A DNA stretch of 64,000 nucleotides, taken from positions 1 to 64,000 of the IMG/VR virus record IMGVR_UViG_3300032309_002624. One strand, 5' to 3'. This document shows, piece after piece, positions 30,082 to 40,700 of this stretch; positions within the stretch are counted from its first letter, which is position 1; every line of letters begins with the position of its first letter. This DNA is from a virus. Both the position numbers and the translations under genes were made by a program. A model generated the notes under the pieces. The model made no database searches and had not been told where the DNA came from. It saw nothing but the letters and a program-made list of their open reading frames with translations.

Positions 30082-30872
30082 ATAATTTCGTTTTCTTTTA
30101 AATCAAATATTGGTATTGAAACCATTTTGTGTTTATTCTTTTTATTAAAACCCAAATAGGTCTCAACAATTTTATATTCTTTACTACTATAACATAATTT
30201 GTTTATTCCATATTCCATCGCCCATTCTAACTCTTCATAAGTCGCCCCGATTTGGGTTTCATCAACTCTGTTATCATCCCATAATCCATCGGTAGGTTCA
30301 GCTTCAACAATTTCTTGACAAACACCTAAGTGAATACCGAGGTTTCTAACCTCAGTTTTATATAGGTCTGCAATTGGAGAAATATCTACTCCACCGTCAC
30401 CATATTTGGTATAAAACCCAACACCAAAATCCTCAACTTTATTTCCAGTACCAACTACAATACCATTCTTTGACGCCGCAATTTGATACAAGGTTATCAT
30501 TCTCAATCTTGATTTCGTGTTTGCGAATCCTAATTCAGAATTATAATCTTTTCTAAAAACTGGATGAGATTTAAACTCTTCAAATGTTTTACTCAAATCA
30601 ACATTTAAACCAATCACATTATCTTTATATTTGCTTGATAAATAACTGATGTGTTTTTCGGATAGTTCGGTGTTCTTTAATGTGGAGTTTAATGGCATAC
30701 CAACAACAATGGTTGGAATTCCTGTTTCCGCACACAAGGTTGAAACAACCGCAGAATCAATTCCTCCTGAAACACCAATCACTAAGGTTTCTATGTTGTT
30801 TTCTTCAACATAGTTCTTTATCCATTCTTTAATTTGATTTGATAGATTTTCGTAATCAATAATTCGATTCAT
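30078..30872 (-). CDS. nadE: NH3-dependent NAD+ synthetase
   Basis: GVSGGIDSAV, NTKSRLRM, GTGNKVE, GFYTKYGDGGVD, PTDGLW. Confidence 0.95.
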   Translation of the reverse strand: MNRIIDYENLSNQIKEWIKNYVEENNIETLVIGVSGGIDSAVVSTLCAETGIPTIVVGMPLNSTLKNTELSEKHISYLSSKYKDNVIGLNVDLSKTFEEFKSHPVFRKDYNSELGFANTKSRLRMITLYQIAASKNGIVVGTGNKVEDFGVGFYTKYGDGGVDISPIADLYKTEVRNLGIHLGVCQEIVEAEPTDGLWDDNRVDETQIGATYEELEWAMEYGINKLCYSSKEYKIVETYLGFNKKNKHKMVSIPIFDLKENEII

Positions 30873-32497
30873 TATAATAGTTTTTTGTATTCTTCTTTTA
30901 TTTGTGTTGCAACGTTGGATGCAAAGTATTTTTCTACATCTGTAGGTGGTTCAAATCTTTCTTTTGATAAGATGAATCCACCTGAATCAACTTTATAAAT
31001 CCAACTTGGTTTTCCACACATCCATCCTTCAATGGTTGTTCTTCCCAATTGTATTCCCGCTGTCTCAGAACACTTTTGAACATATGGCTCAACGTTCCAT
31101 GTTGGAGGAAAATGTTTTACGTGTGCGTTTGACAATATTGCAGGTAGATAATTTGATTTGTCTTCTCCAACCAACCAAAGTTCTTTTCCGTTGTCGGATG
31201 CATAATCAATCAAATCCATAATAGTTTCTCTCCTTAGGTAATCGATAGTACCGACAAACAAAATAAAGTTTTCTTCTTTAACCGACTTTGGCTTAAACTT
31301 TTCGTTATCTATTGGGTTATAGATAACTTCAATCATTTCTTCAGGTATTTCAAATTTATCTATAATGTGTTCCTTAATTTCAGGTCTGATTGCAATATAT
31401 TTTTTTATTGATTCGTGTTTGATTGGGTCTTCTAATTCTATAACTTCAGAATGAATTGAATATACCTTATCAATTTCAGGATAAAATTGAATCATTCTTT
31501 CGGCAACAGGTTTGTGTTGCATATGTATGATATCGTAGTTAACGTCAGATACTCGGTACATTACATTTGGTTGTGAAGGTTGAAACCCTTTATCGGTTGT
31601 AATTCCCCACTGACCATCACCAAGTTTGAATCCAGGTGACTGCTCAAATGATAAACACTTGATACCTTGTCTTTTTGCCATATCTGTAAGTGGACCACCT
31701 ATTTGTGACAATACTGTAACATCACAGTTTTGCTTAATTAAATTTTTGGCGAGTTCATAAACGTATAACTCAGAACCAGTAAAGGTTCTGAAAAACAAAC
31801 AACTTATTAATACCTTTATTTTTTTCTGAGAATCAAAAGGTAGTTTGATTGGGAGATTCGATTTATACTTTTCTTCAAATATTTTTCTATTTGATTCCCA
31901 CTGTTCATTTGTTTGACCTATTGATTTGTGAGTAATTCTTATGTTGGTTATAACTCCAACCCTAACTCCTTCTAAATGGTTTTCAAAACAAAAAGGGATG
32001 TCATAAAAATGAAACCCTTTAAACTCTTCGTTGAAGTTTTTCTTAATTCTTTTTTTATGTACGGCGATAAATAAACCATCAACAATAACCGTTTCAATTA
32101 TAGAGTTACCAACCGAGTCTGCATATCTTGATTCCCATTTTTTACCTCCGTTCTCGTGGTTTACAATACCAACCATTTTTTTTCTATCTTGCCACCACAT
32201 ACCACTCGAAGGCATTGAGGTTGTTCCTGCCATTCCAATAATTCCGAAATCGGTTTTTTCAAAATGTTTAATCAGTTTGCTATACCAAGAATTGGTATCA
32301 AAATAAATGTCGTCATGACAAAGAACAACTATGTCAGTTTTTGCCTCAGACAATATTTCGTTATAAACTTCAGATAACGACCTACCATTGTTATTAACCT
32401 TTTCAATAACTTCTATTTTTTTAAAACCAGAACTTTTCTTAAGGTATTCAATAAACTCAGGTTTGCTTTCTCTAGTTGAGTATCCTACTGTAATCAT
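30872..32497 (-). CDS. Bifunctional glycosyltransferase (GT2-like + GT4-like)
   Basis: N-terminal VLCHDDI, VDGLF, GFHFYD; C-terminal TGSELYVYELA, GRTTIEGWMCGKP. Confidence 0.8.
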   Translation of the reverse strand: MITVGYSTRESKPEFIEYLKKSSGFKKIEVIEKVNNNGRSLSEVYNEILSEAKTDIVVLCHDDIYFDTNSWYSKLIKHFEKTDFGIIGMAGTTSMPSSGMWWQDRKKMVGIVNHENGGKKWESRYADSVGNSIIETVIVDGLFIAVHKKRIKKNFNEEFKGFHFYDIPFCFENHLEGVRVGVITNIRITHKSIGQTNEQWESNRKIFEEKYKSNLPIKLPFDSQKKIKVLISCLFFRTFTGSELYVYELAKNLIKQNCDVTVLSQIGGPLTDMAKRQGIKCLSFEQSPGFKLGDGQWGITTDKGFQPSQPNVMYRVSDVNYDIIHMQHKPVAERMIQFYPEIDKVYSIHSEVIELEDPIKHESIKKYIAIRPEIKEHIIDKFEIPEEMIEVIYNPIDNEKFKPKSVKEENFILFVGTIDYLRRETIMDLIDYASDNGKELWLVGEDKSNYLPAILSNAHVKHFPPTWNVEPYVQKCSETAGIQLGRTTIEGWMCGKPSWIYKVDSGGFILSKERFEPPTDVEKYFASNVATQIKEEYKKLL

Positions 32498-32502
32498 GTT
32501 AA

Positions 32503-33123
32503 TTATTTAATTCCTGTACTTCCGAATCCATTATCACCTCTGTCTTTGTCTTCAACTTTTTCTACTAAACTTAAAGAAACGTACCTACCGTTTACCACAG
32601 GACACAAAACCGCCTGAGCGACTTTCATACCTTTTGATATGGTAACAGTTTCATTACTAGTATTGAACATAATGACTTTTATTTCACCAACATATCCCGA
32701 ATCAACAGTTCCTGGTGTATTAAGAACCGTAAGTCCTTGGTTTAATGCTAAACCACTCTTTGGTCTAACTTGAATTTCATACTCATCGGGGATAGATAAT
32801 TTTAATCCTGTTGGGATTAATGCTCTACCAAATGGTGGTATGTTTATTTCTATTGTTGAATATAAATCAAATCCTGAATCCGAAGGGTAAGCGTAGGAAG
32901 GAAACTTCGCATTGTCATGTACCAACTCAACACCTAAGGTTTTTGTCTTCATCATTTCCATATGACTCTTGTCCATTTCATCTACCGACATACCTAATAG
33001 TTCTTCAAGTTCTTTCATGTAATCTTCTTCAGGTTCAATACCTGTATCTTGTTTTATCTTATTGAATGTCTCTTGTATTTCTGCCCAAATCTTTGGGTCA
33101 AGGTCTTCGTTCATTTGTTGCAT
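32503..33123 (-). CDS. dut: Trimeric dUTPase with acidic N-terminal extension
   Basis: SGFDL, RPKSGLA, GTVDSGYVGE, AQAV, RGDNGFGSTG. Confidence 0.95.
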   Translation of the reverse strand: MQQMNEDLDPKIWAEIQETFNKIKQDTGIEPEEDYMKELEELLGMSVDEMDKSHMEMMKTKTLGVELVHDNAKFPSYAYPSDSGFDLYSTIEINIPPFGRALIPTGLKLSIPDEYEIQVRPKSGLALNQGLTVLNTPGTVDSGYVGEIKVIMFNTSNETVTISKGMKVAQAVLCPVVNGRYVSLSLVEKVEDKDRGDNGFGSTGIK

Positions 33124-33824
33124 TATTCTAAAGTTGTTATTTTTTTTATTACATCGATTAATACCAATACATCTTTTTCACAGTACTCCACAATACCTTT
33201 GATATCTTTTTTCGTCCAATAAGCATCGTGTACTTTGTTTCCTGTTACTTCCATATTCTTGGATGATTCAACTCCCATACAAACACACATTAGTTCTAGT
33301 GAAGCGATTGAACCATATCCACCGTATTGCCAAAGTTCTTTTGTATCTAGAGCTTTAATTTCCCATGGTTTTGTATCATGACCTGGTAAAATTTTTGGTG
33401 GCAATAGACCATTCATAATCATTCTTTTTGCCAACATTGGAATATCAAATCCCTTTACATTATGACCACACAAGAAGAATCCTAACTCACCAATTCTACG
33501 TAAAAGTTTTTGAACATCTTGTAACAAATCTTTCTCATTTTCGTTACTGAATGATTGTATCTTTGTTTCACCCTTGTCTGTCACGAACGCAACACTCACA
33601 CACGCAATTTTTGCAAACTCAGGAACTAATGCTGCTCGGTTTACAAACATTTGTTCTACACCTTTATCAGCATCTTCAGGAAATCTTTTTTGAAACCAAT
33701 CAAAATAATTTTTGAATTGAAATGCAAGTTCAGGTCTATTAGATTCTAAAGAATCCCATTCAGGTTGGATACCAACGGTTTCAATATCTAAAAACAAAAG
33801 TTTTGTAAGGGGTATGTTTATCAT
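33123..33824 (-). CDS. PolB-related stand-alone 3'-5' exonuclease
   Basis: FLDIETV, GHNVKGFDIP, YCEKDV (DEDDy motifs). Confidence 0.88.
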   Translation of the reverse strand: MINIPLTKLLFLDIETVGIQPEWDSLESNRPELAFQFKNYFDWFQKRFPEDADKGVEQMFVNRAALVPEFAKIACVSVAFVTDKGETKIQSFSNENEKDLLQDVQKLLRRIGELGFFLCGHNVKGFDIPMLAKRMIMNGLLPPKILPGHDTKPWEIKALDTKELWQYGGYGSIASLELMCVCMGVESSKNMEVTGNKVHDAYWTKKDIKGIVEYCEKDVLVLIDVIKKITTLE

Positions 33825-35032
33825 AATAATGATTTATAAAATTGTGCTCTATTTTTCGTTACCACGTTTAAATCGTACTTGTCTTTCACGGTCTCATATA
33901 ATCTTTCTCCCATGTCTTCAACCATATTTGGATTCTTGATTAGTTTTTCAATACACTTCGACCAATCACTATGATTTCGAACCTCTTTAATCAACATTGC
34001 ATTTCCGTCTACGAAGTTACCATTTTCTAAACAATGTTTCAAATCTATTGTGTATGGACCAATTTCAGAAGCAATTAATGCTTTTTTATAAAATCCTGCC
34101 TCAATAACTTTGAGTTGAGATTTCATTCTGTTAAACATAGTGTTTTTGATTGGTGCCAAAGATACATCAAATTTTGAATAATTCTTAGCATAAGATGTAA
34201 CAGGTTTTGTCCAAACTCTTAGATATGATTCATTCATCTCATTTTCATAAGAATCCTGATTATACTTCAATAAATGTTTTTTATAGTCCTCAGAAATAAT
34301 TGAGAAATTTTGTGTGAATATTTTCTCATATTGAGCCCATACAGTTTCTGCTGGTAATATATTTCTTTTGGTGTGTTCGCCAGTTTGAGCGTTGATTTCT
34401 GTAACGGTACCTCTTGTATCAAAACCACAAAGAACATATTGAACTTTATCTTTATGACTCGTTAGCTTTGAGAATCCGTCATTCAATAACTGAATATCGT
34501 GTAAGTGAGATGAGCCTCCTAACCAACCAATTCTAAGTTTATCAGACTTTTGGGTAGGTTCTTTAAATTGAGGTTCATTAGGGTTTATTGCGTTTGGAAA
34601 TACAACTACGTTCTTATTAAACTTTCTTATTTCGTCTGCAAATAACTCTGTGGTTGTAGTAACATATTTGGATACTTTTAGATTTGCAACAATTTTTTCG
34701 TTAATCTTGTTAACTTTAATGATATCGTGAATCGGATGTTCTTTTCCTGGCATCCAATAGTCGTCAATATCACACACAGTGATAACTCCTAAAGAGTTTA
34801 ACATTTGTATTAATCTATTTGCCTTTTCGAAATCGGGACCGATACTTCTATGGTAAGCAACTATTTCATATTGGGTCCAAAAATTAACATCATCATATGG
34901 TGGTTCGTACACAATATCGACGTGAAAATCTTCAGGATTTTGATTTTGTAAAAAAATGTGAGGGTCGACAGACCTAAATTTACCAACTCCCGACCTGTCG
35001 GATGGTACGACTAAAACTTTGATTTTTGACAT
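33821..35032 (-). CDS. GT-B fold glycosyltransferase (GT4-like)
   Basis: DIDDYW, IGWLGGSSH, DVSLAPI...FNRMKSQLKVIEAG. Confidence 0.85.
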   Translation of the reverse strand: MSKIKVLVVPSDRSGVGKFRSVDPHIFLQNQNPEDFHVDIVYEPPYDDVNFWTQYEIVAYHRSIGPDFEKANRLIQMLNSLGVITVCDIDDYWMPGKEHPIHDIIKVNKINEKIVANLKVSKYVTTTTELFADEIRKFNKNVVVFPNAINPNEPQFKEPTQKSDKLRIGWLGGSSHLHDIQLLNDGFSKLTSHKDKVQYVLCGFDTRGTVTEINAQTGEHTKRNILPAETVWAQYEKIFTQNFSIISEDYKKHLLKYNQDSYENEMNESYLRVWTKPVTSYAKNYSKFDVSLAPIKNTMFNRMKSQLKVIEAGFYKKALIASEIGPYTIDLKHCLENGNFVDGNAMLIKEVRNHSDWSKCIEKLIKNPNMVEDMGERLYETVKDKYDLNVVTKNRAQFYKSLL

Positions 35033-35086
35033 AAATTATAATATATACCTCAAAATATAAGGTTTTATGTCAAATAAGAAAAGGGG

Positions 35087-35713
35087 TTAAGATAACTTTT
35101 TAATTTTGGTAACTTTACCTTCAAATATGTGTTTTCCTACTTTGAAACTGAATACTTCACTAGCCTTTTCTGATGATTCAATTAATAATCCGTTTTCTTT
35201 CAAAGCATTATTAACCGCTTCGTTAATCATTTTTTGTAGGACTTTATAATCAAAATTACCAGTTGGTTGCGATTGTGTTTGTTGTTTTGGTTTTGCGGAT
35301 TCAGGTGTATATCCTCCTTGATTTTCTTTCATTAATCTAGATGCTCTTTCAATCAAATCATTCGAAAGAGTTGGAGATTGTTGTTGAGGTTGTGCAATCG
35401 GGTGTTCCATCATAAGTTTTTTAATCTCATCAGGAAGTTTTGAATTTTTGATTGCGTCAACAGTAGGAACACCTACCGGCTTTGTATTAACTTTTGGAAG
35501 TTCTGATAAATACGGTTGGCTCATTTGAGCTTGTTGTGGAGATTCTTGCAAGAATTCTTGTGGAATATTGTACTTAGCTTGTGGCATATCAAATTCCTGT
35601 AAGGACGTTAGTGGTAATCCTTGATTGGTTGAACTTGCACTTTTATTAAACTTAGGGCTATCCATAATCGCTTTAGACGCCACTAATCTACTCATTAAAT
35701 CGTTTTCATTCAT
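35087..35713 (-). CDS. Hypothetical protein
   Basis: 208-aa ORF in an operon; INE/LKE/LIE motifs. Confidence 0.7.
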   Translation of the reverse strand: MNENDLMSRLVASKAIMDSPKFNKSASSTNQGLPLTSLQEFDMPQAKYNIPQEFLQESPQQAQMSQPYLSELPKVNTKPVGVPTVDAIKNSKLPDEIKKLMMEHPIAQPQQQSPTLSNDLIERASRLMKENQGGYTPESAKPKQQTQSQPTGNFDYKVLQKMINEAVNNALKENGLLIESSEKASEVFSFKVGKHIFEGKVTKIKKLS

Positions 35714-35717
35714 AATA

Positions 35718-36098
35718 TTAGAATTTTGCTATAATAATAATCGAAGTCATGCTTTTGTCACCATTTGGATTAAAATTTGGTTTCATTTCTGTAAAATTTT
35801 CTCCAGAAGGTTTTAGTGATAATATTTTATCTAACCTAAAAAGCCTCCAACCTGGTAAAGGTTGTTCCCCCTTGTATGCCGTATGAGACGCTCCTTCATT
35901 GTCCCAAGCCCTCAAAACTTTATTACCCGCTCTACTAGTACCCAAACACACAGGTTCAATTTCTCTGATACCTCTACCACCTGGCTCATCACCATCATAA
36001 TAGACAATCACCTTCTGTTTATTTTTAATAGCGTTAACAACACTATCAACAGAAGCGATTTCACAAATTAAACCTTTTAATGCGTTTTGTAATTTCAT
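35718..36098 (-). CDS. Stand-alone WYL domain protein
   Basis: IVYYDG...REIEPVCLG...VLRAW...WRLFRLDKI. Confidence 0.75.
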   Translation of the reverse strand: MKLQNALKGLICEIASVDSVVNAIKNKQKVIVYYDGDEPGGRGIREIEPVCLGTSRAGNKVLRAWDNEGASHTAYKGEQPLPGWRLFRLDKILSLKPSGENFTEMKPNFNPNGDKSMTSIIIIAKF

Positions 36099-36391
36099 TA
36101 AAAATTAGGATAAGTTTTTGATGAATTATACTTGTTAATTTTTACTTCATTTTTTCTTTCTACAACGTCATCTATTGTACCAGCATTTACGTTGTATACA
36201 TCTAAGAATGAACCAGTTCCTCTTCCCATAGAATCACCATCAGCAACTGCGTCTCTGTTAACTACAGAATATTCATTACCTACGGCGTTAAAGTCGTTCT
36301 TCGGAATTAGTTTTGCTCTTTCCATATCAGCAATTGCTGTTAGAGCGTTTGGTACGTTTTGTGATAAATCAATTGCAAGTTCGTTTGCCAT
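36098..36391 (-). CDS. Hypothetical protein
   Basis: 97-aa ORF, TAATG-coupled to the next gene. Confidence 0.7.
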   Translation of the reverse strand: MANELAIDLSQNVPNALTAIADMERAKLIPKNDFNAVGNEYSVVNRDAVADGDSMGRGTGSFLDVYNVNAGTIDDVVERKNEVKINKYNSSKTYPNF

Positions 36392-36393
36392 AA

Positions 36394-36870
36394 TTATAAT
36401 TTTCTCATTAGTTCGTTTATTCTTTTCAGACTTTCAGTAACTGCTACATTATACCTATCAACAGTACTTGTATGTTGTTGTGAAGGTCTTACATTATTAA
36501 AATCCTTTTTTTCGTGAGGTTTGATAAATTGGTTTTGCATACCAGCATTCATCTTATTTGTCTTGGTCATTTTGGTGTAATCCCTCATTTTCCTCAACTC
36601 ATTATTTACCCAATTTTTCATCTCTGCACCACCATTTAAAATAAATGATGATTCTTTGTGGTTACCTTTAAAGTTGTCAAAAAAGTTTTTTATCCTTTTA
36701 AGTTGTTTGTACTCAATAAAGTTTTTTCCTTGTAATTCTTGGTTACGATTAAATCCTTCAGTGTTTTCATCGGCATCCTTTACCATGTGGAAACATTTTT
36801 TCATATGGTTCCTCATAGTATCAGGAAATTCAATTTCCCCTTTCGCTGAATTATATAAATCGTTATTCAC
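36394..36870 (-). CDS. Hypothetical protein
   Basis: 158-aa ORF with GTG start; ends VTESLKRINELMRKL. Confidence 0.7.
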   Translation of the reverse strand: MNNDLYNSAKGEIEFPDTMRNHMKKCFHMVKDADENTEGFNRNQELQGKNFIEYKQLKRIKNFFDNFKGNHKESSFILNGGAEMKNWVNNELRKMRDYTKMTKTNKMNAGMQNQFIKPHEKKDFNNVRPSQQHTSTVDRYNVAVTESLKRINELMRKL

Positions 36871-37684
36871 CTTGAATTAATTTAATTAGTTCTTTTTTTG
36901 AAACTCCTTGTTTTTCTGCCTGTTTTAATAAAGATGTAAGATTTCTCTTAACTAACTTTGGTAATTCTTCCATAGTTTTTCCTGAATCTTTTTTTCCAAC
37001 ATCAGCAGAACCTGAATCTTTTTTCTTCGCCAACATATCTTCAACAACTTTTATTGCCTTCATTTTTTGAATTTCGGACAATGTCGCTCTTGTGATAAAA
37101 TTAGGGTCTTTATAATATTTTGACTTTTTGTCTTTTTTACCTGAAGGGTCTTTACCTTGTTGTTTTGTTCTTTCTTTTGCTTCATCAGGTTCCATACCCA
37201 TATCTTTAACCAAATACTTGAAGGTGTCTTTACCATCCATGTCTTCAGTTTCCTCATATCCAAAAGCACCTGACATATCAATTTCTTTAACTTCACTCTC
37301 ACCGTAATATGTTCTATATCCACGAGAAATAGGGTCGTTTGTAATTCTTGATGCGGCAACAGTTTGGTCCATAGTTTTCTTTGGGTGTAATCTTGGGTCC
37401 AAGATAGGTATCTTAGAGTTTGACATTGCACCATCGGCGTTAACTAATTCTTCCAAGTCAGACTTAAGAGTTTTTGTGTCTTTGACTTTTTTCTCTTTGG
37501 CAACTTTTTTTAAATGTTTTTTCACCTTTTCACCTTTCTCTTTTGGGAAATGAATAACCTCATCTTTCTTACGTGCTTCGGTTAAAGTATTCTCCACAGA
37601 GAAGTATAATGAATATTTATTTCCTTTATCTCTCATTAAGAAATAATATGGTGATGAAAAAAATTCTGTGTCTGTAGAAATCAT
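36863..37684 (-). CDS. Lys/Glu-rich hypothetical protein, possible internal head protein
   Basis: 273 aa; late motif upstream; LTE/VKE/LSE sites. Confidence 0.7.
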   Translation of the reverse strand: MISTDTEFFSSPYYFLMRDKGNKYSLYFSVENTLTEARKKDEVIHFPKEKGEKVKKHLKKVAKEKKVKDTKTLKSDLEELVNADGAMSNSKIPILDPRLHPKKTMDQTVAASRITNDPISRGYRTYYGESEVKEIDMSGAFGYEETEDMDGKDTFKYLVKDMGMEPDEAKERTKQQGKDPSGKKDKKSKYYKDPNFITRATLSEIQKMKAIKVVEDMLAKKKDSGSADVGKKDSGKTMEELPKLVKRNLTSLLKQAEKQGVSKKELIKLIQGE

Positions 37685-37700
37685 CGCTTCTTTTTAATCT

Positions 37701-37727
37701 ATAAATACTATGACACAAGGTATTTAT
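37701..37727. promoter_or_regulatory. Back-to-back divergent late promoters
   Basis: ATAAATAC (37701-37708) and GTATTTAT (37720-37727) form an inverted pair in the 52-nt gap between divergent genes. Confidence 0.7.
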
Positions 37728-37736
37728 CATTAGTTT

Positions 37737-40700
37737 ATGGCATATCAAAATATTAATCAGTATAATTTTAGACGTTGGGGTATTAGACCTGTCAACGAAA
37801 TTACCGATATCTGTTTAGCTTCGGATGAGAAGGACTATGACCAAGAAGTCATTTTTTCACCATTATTAATAGGTGAAGAAGACGGTAATAGAATGCCATT
37901 CAAGTTTGATTTCAACAGTACAGGTACAACAATATGCCAATCAGGTTCTTGTACTTTTGATAACGATGTGATTGTTTCTGAAAACTATTGGAACCCTGAA
38001 AACATTGAACCTAATTTTTGTCCTAAGGTTACTGAGCTTTGTGATGTTGGTTTGACTGGTATTGACAACGGTCTTGTCAAAAAAATGTCAGGTGAAACCA
38101 TAGAAATTACAACTGGACTTTATACAAACAATTCTGACAAATATAGTAGATACAAATACGATAGGAGAATGAAACTTCATCCTATCACAGGATTTACAAC
38201 TACTGAGAATAGATTGTGGAATGACAATTCGTATAACTACAATTTAAACTACGCAACCGATGGTGGAGATGTAGGATATTTCGCAAGATTAAACGGTGGA
38301 TTCTTCCAAGGTTTCTATAAAATACCTGGATATGATTATCAAGTATTCCCACAGAGAATGCCTTTAGGTTGGACTGCTGAGTTCATGTTAAGATATAGAT
38401 GGACTGGTGATACAAGCGTCGGATTGAACGACAGATACCCTGACAATAAAGGTACGTTCTTCTACATGGGTTCAAGAGCTGAGAATAAGTTCTACCACTA
38501 TGCGGATGGTGAACCAAAACAAGATACAGGATATACAAGAGTAACATCAGGTTTGACCTGTATGGAAACTTGTGGATGTGCAAGTTCTGCAAACACAGCG
38601 TCGACTTGTCTTCAGGTTTATCAAATATCGGGGGGGACTTCAACAAACTGTAACTGTGGATGTCCTTGTAATTGTACTGTCAATGCCAAATATGCGGAGA
38701 AAGACCCATTGTATGACGGAGTATCAAACGGATTATCATTAAGGTTAAGTGGAGACACAGGTAGTCCAAGATTATGTATTAAGACATATAGAATAACTGG
38801 TGGATGTGAGACAAGTGGTACCTGTTTTACAGGTTTAACTTATGCAACAGGAACGTCAGTTACTGAGTGGTGTTCAACAAGAGGAATTTTTGATGATTGT
38901 AAAAACACACCATATATTAATGTTGAGCACTGGGTCCAAATAGATGCCGTATTCCAAAGAAATCAATGGTTGGATACATGTGACCTTTACGAAAAGGGTG
39001 GGTTAGGTTTAATTGTTGATACAATTTATACTGCCACGCCAGCAAACAATAGTGTTAGTTTAATAGAACCTCCACTAACACACGAATTGCCTTATGACCC
39101 GGCAACAACTGAGATTGTAACTTTCAATGACAACTGGACTGAAGAAATAAAATATAGATTGGGTACCCTGAAACTTTACGTTAACGGAAAGTTATTCATG
39201 GTTGCTGAAAATTTTGAAGAGATAATTCCGAGGTTATTAGATGTACAGAGAGAAAAACAAATCGGTGTCGGATATAACATATCGATAGGGGGTGGTACAC
39301 AAGGGTTAAAAGATAACTTGACGTTCTCGGGAGGATGTCCATCATCAGTTGATGATATTATATATCAACAAGACCCTGAGTGTTTAACAACACACGACTT
39401 AGACAATACAATCTATTCAGGTTTAACAACTCATATTAAGTTAGAGGAGTATTTTGGTGGAAGTATGATTGGTGACATCAGCGCATTTAGAATGTACACT
39501 GAACCACTCAACGCATCACAGATTAGACACAACTTTAGAATATTAAAAAATAGATACAATCTATTAGACCCTAACTGTATTAACTGTACAATCATTGTTC
39601 CTAATAATGACTTATATTACCTTTCACTACCTTGTAATGATTTGGGTTATACTTTATATCCATGTCCAACACCTACACCAACGGTTACATCAACAGTTAC
39701 TCCGACAGTTACTGAAACACCAACTAATACACCTACACAAACAACTACTGAAACTCCCACACCAACACCAACGTTTGTACCATTGAATTTAGAACTTTTT
39801 GCAGAGTATACCGCAGGTTCTATAATTGCGTCTTACACTTTATTATTAAACCGTCCATATGGTGAAGAAATAAATATCACTTTCGAAAATGTTCTAAATG
39901 TTTATAGCGGGTCTCCAATTACAATATTTACTGGAGTTACGGTGAGTTCAGGTGGTTTATCAGGGCAAACTATTGTTACAATAGATGAAGATTATGACAA
40001 CTATACCGGAGTACCATTTTTTAGTCAATTATCAGGAACTCCAAGCGGAAGTACTTATGAGATATTTGTAATCCCACCAACCCCTACACCTACACCTACA
40101 AATACTGAAACACCGACACCAACAGTTACACCTACAAATACTGAGACACCAACACAAACAGTTACACCTACAAATACTGAGACAACAACTCAGACAGTGA
40201 CTCCAACTAACACTGAGACACCAACACAAACACCAACTAATACTCCAACTCAAACTGCAACTCCATCCACAACGGCAACTGTTGGATTGACTCCGACTGC
40301 GACAGAGACACAAACACCAACTCCAACCGAAACTCCTACCAACACTCCTACTAACACAGAAACGCCTACAAATACACCAAGTGAAACTCCGACCGAAACT
40401 CCTACTAATACTCCAAGTGAAACTCCTACAAACACTCCTACAAACACAGAAACTCCTACAAACACACCAACTGTAACACCTACAACATTTACAGGATTTA
40501 CGGTAACCATTTCAGAAGTGGGTCCTGATGTGATTTGGAATGGGTCAGGAATTTTTAACTTAACCTCATTATCATTAATGGGAACCCAAGTCACAGGAGC
40601 CGGATATAACGCAAGTTTAGGGGTTTGGGGAATTGGACCTGGAACCACACTACAACAATATAGTGGAGAAACCTTTACGTATCCCGCAAGTTTTGGTACA

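Noticed and set aside
12867-35032. Bacterial O-antigen or capsule locus (host contamination or prophage flank)
   Set aside because: It is contiguous and co-oriented with phage sigma, PhoH and dUTPase genes, is flanked by virion genes and lacks export or polymerase genes.
40092-40235. 36-bp repeats as a CRISPR array
   Set aside because: Units are contiguous, in frame and vary mostly at synonymous positions; no spacers or cas genes.
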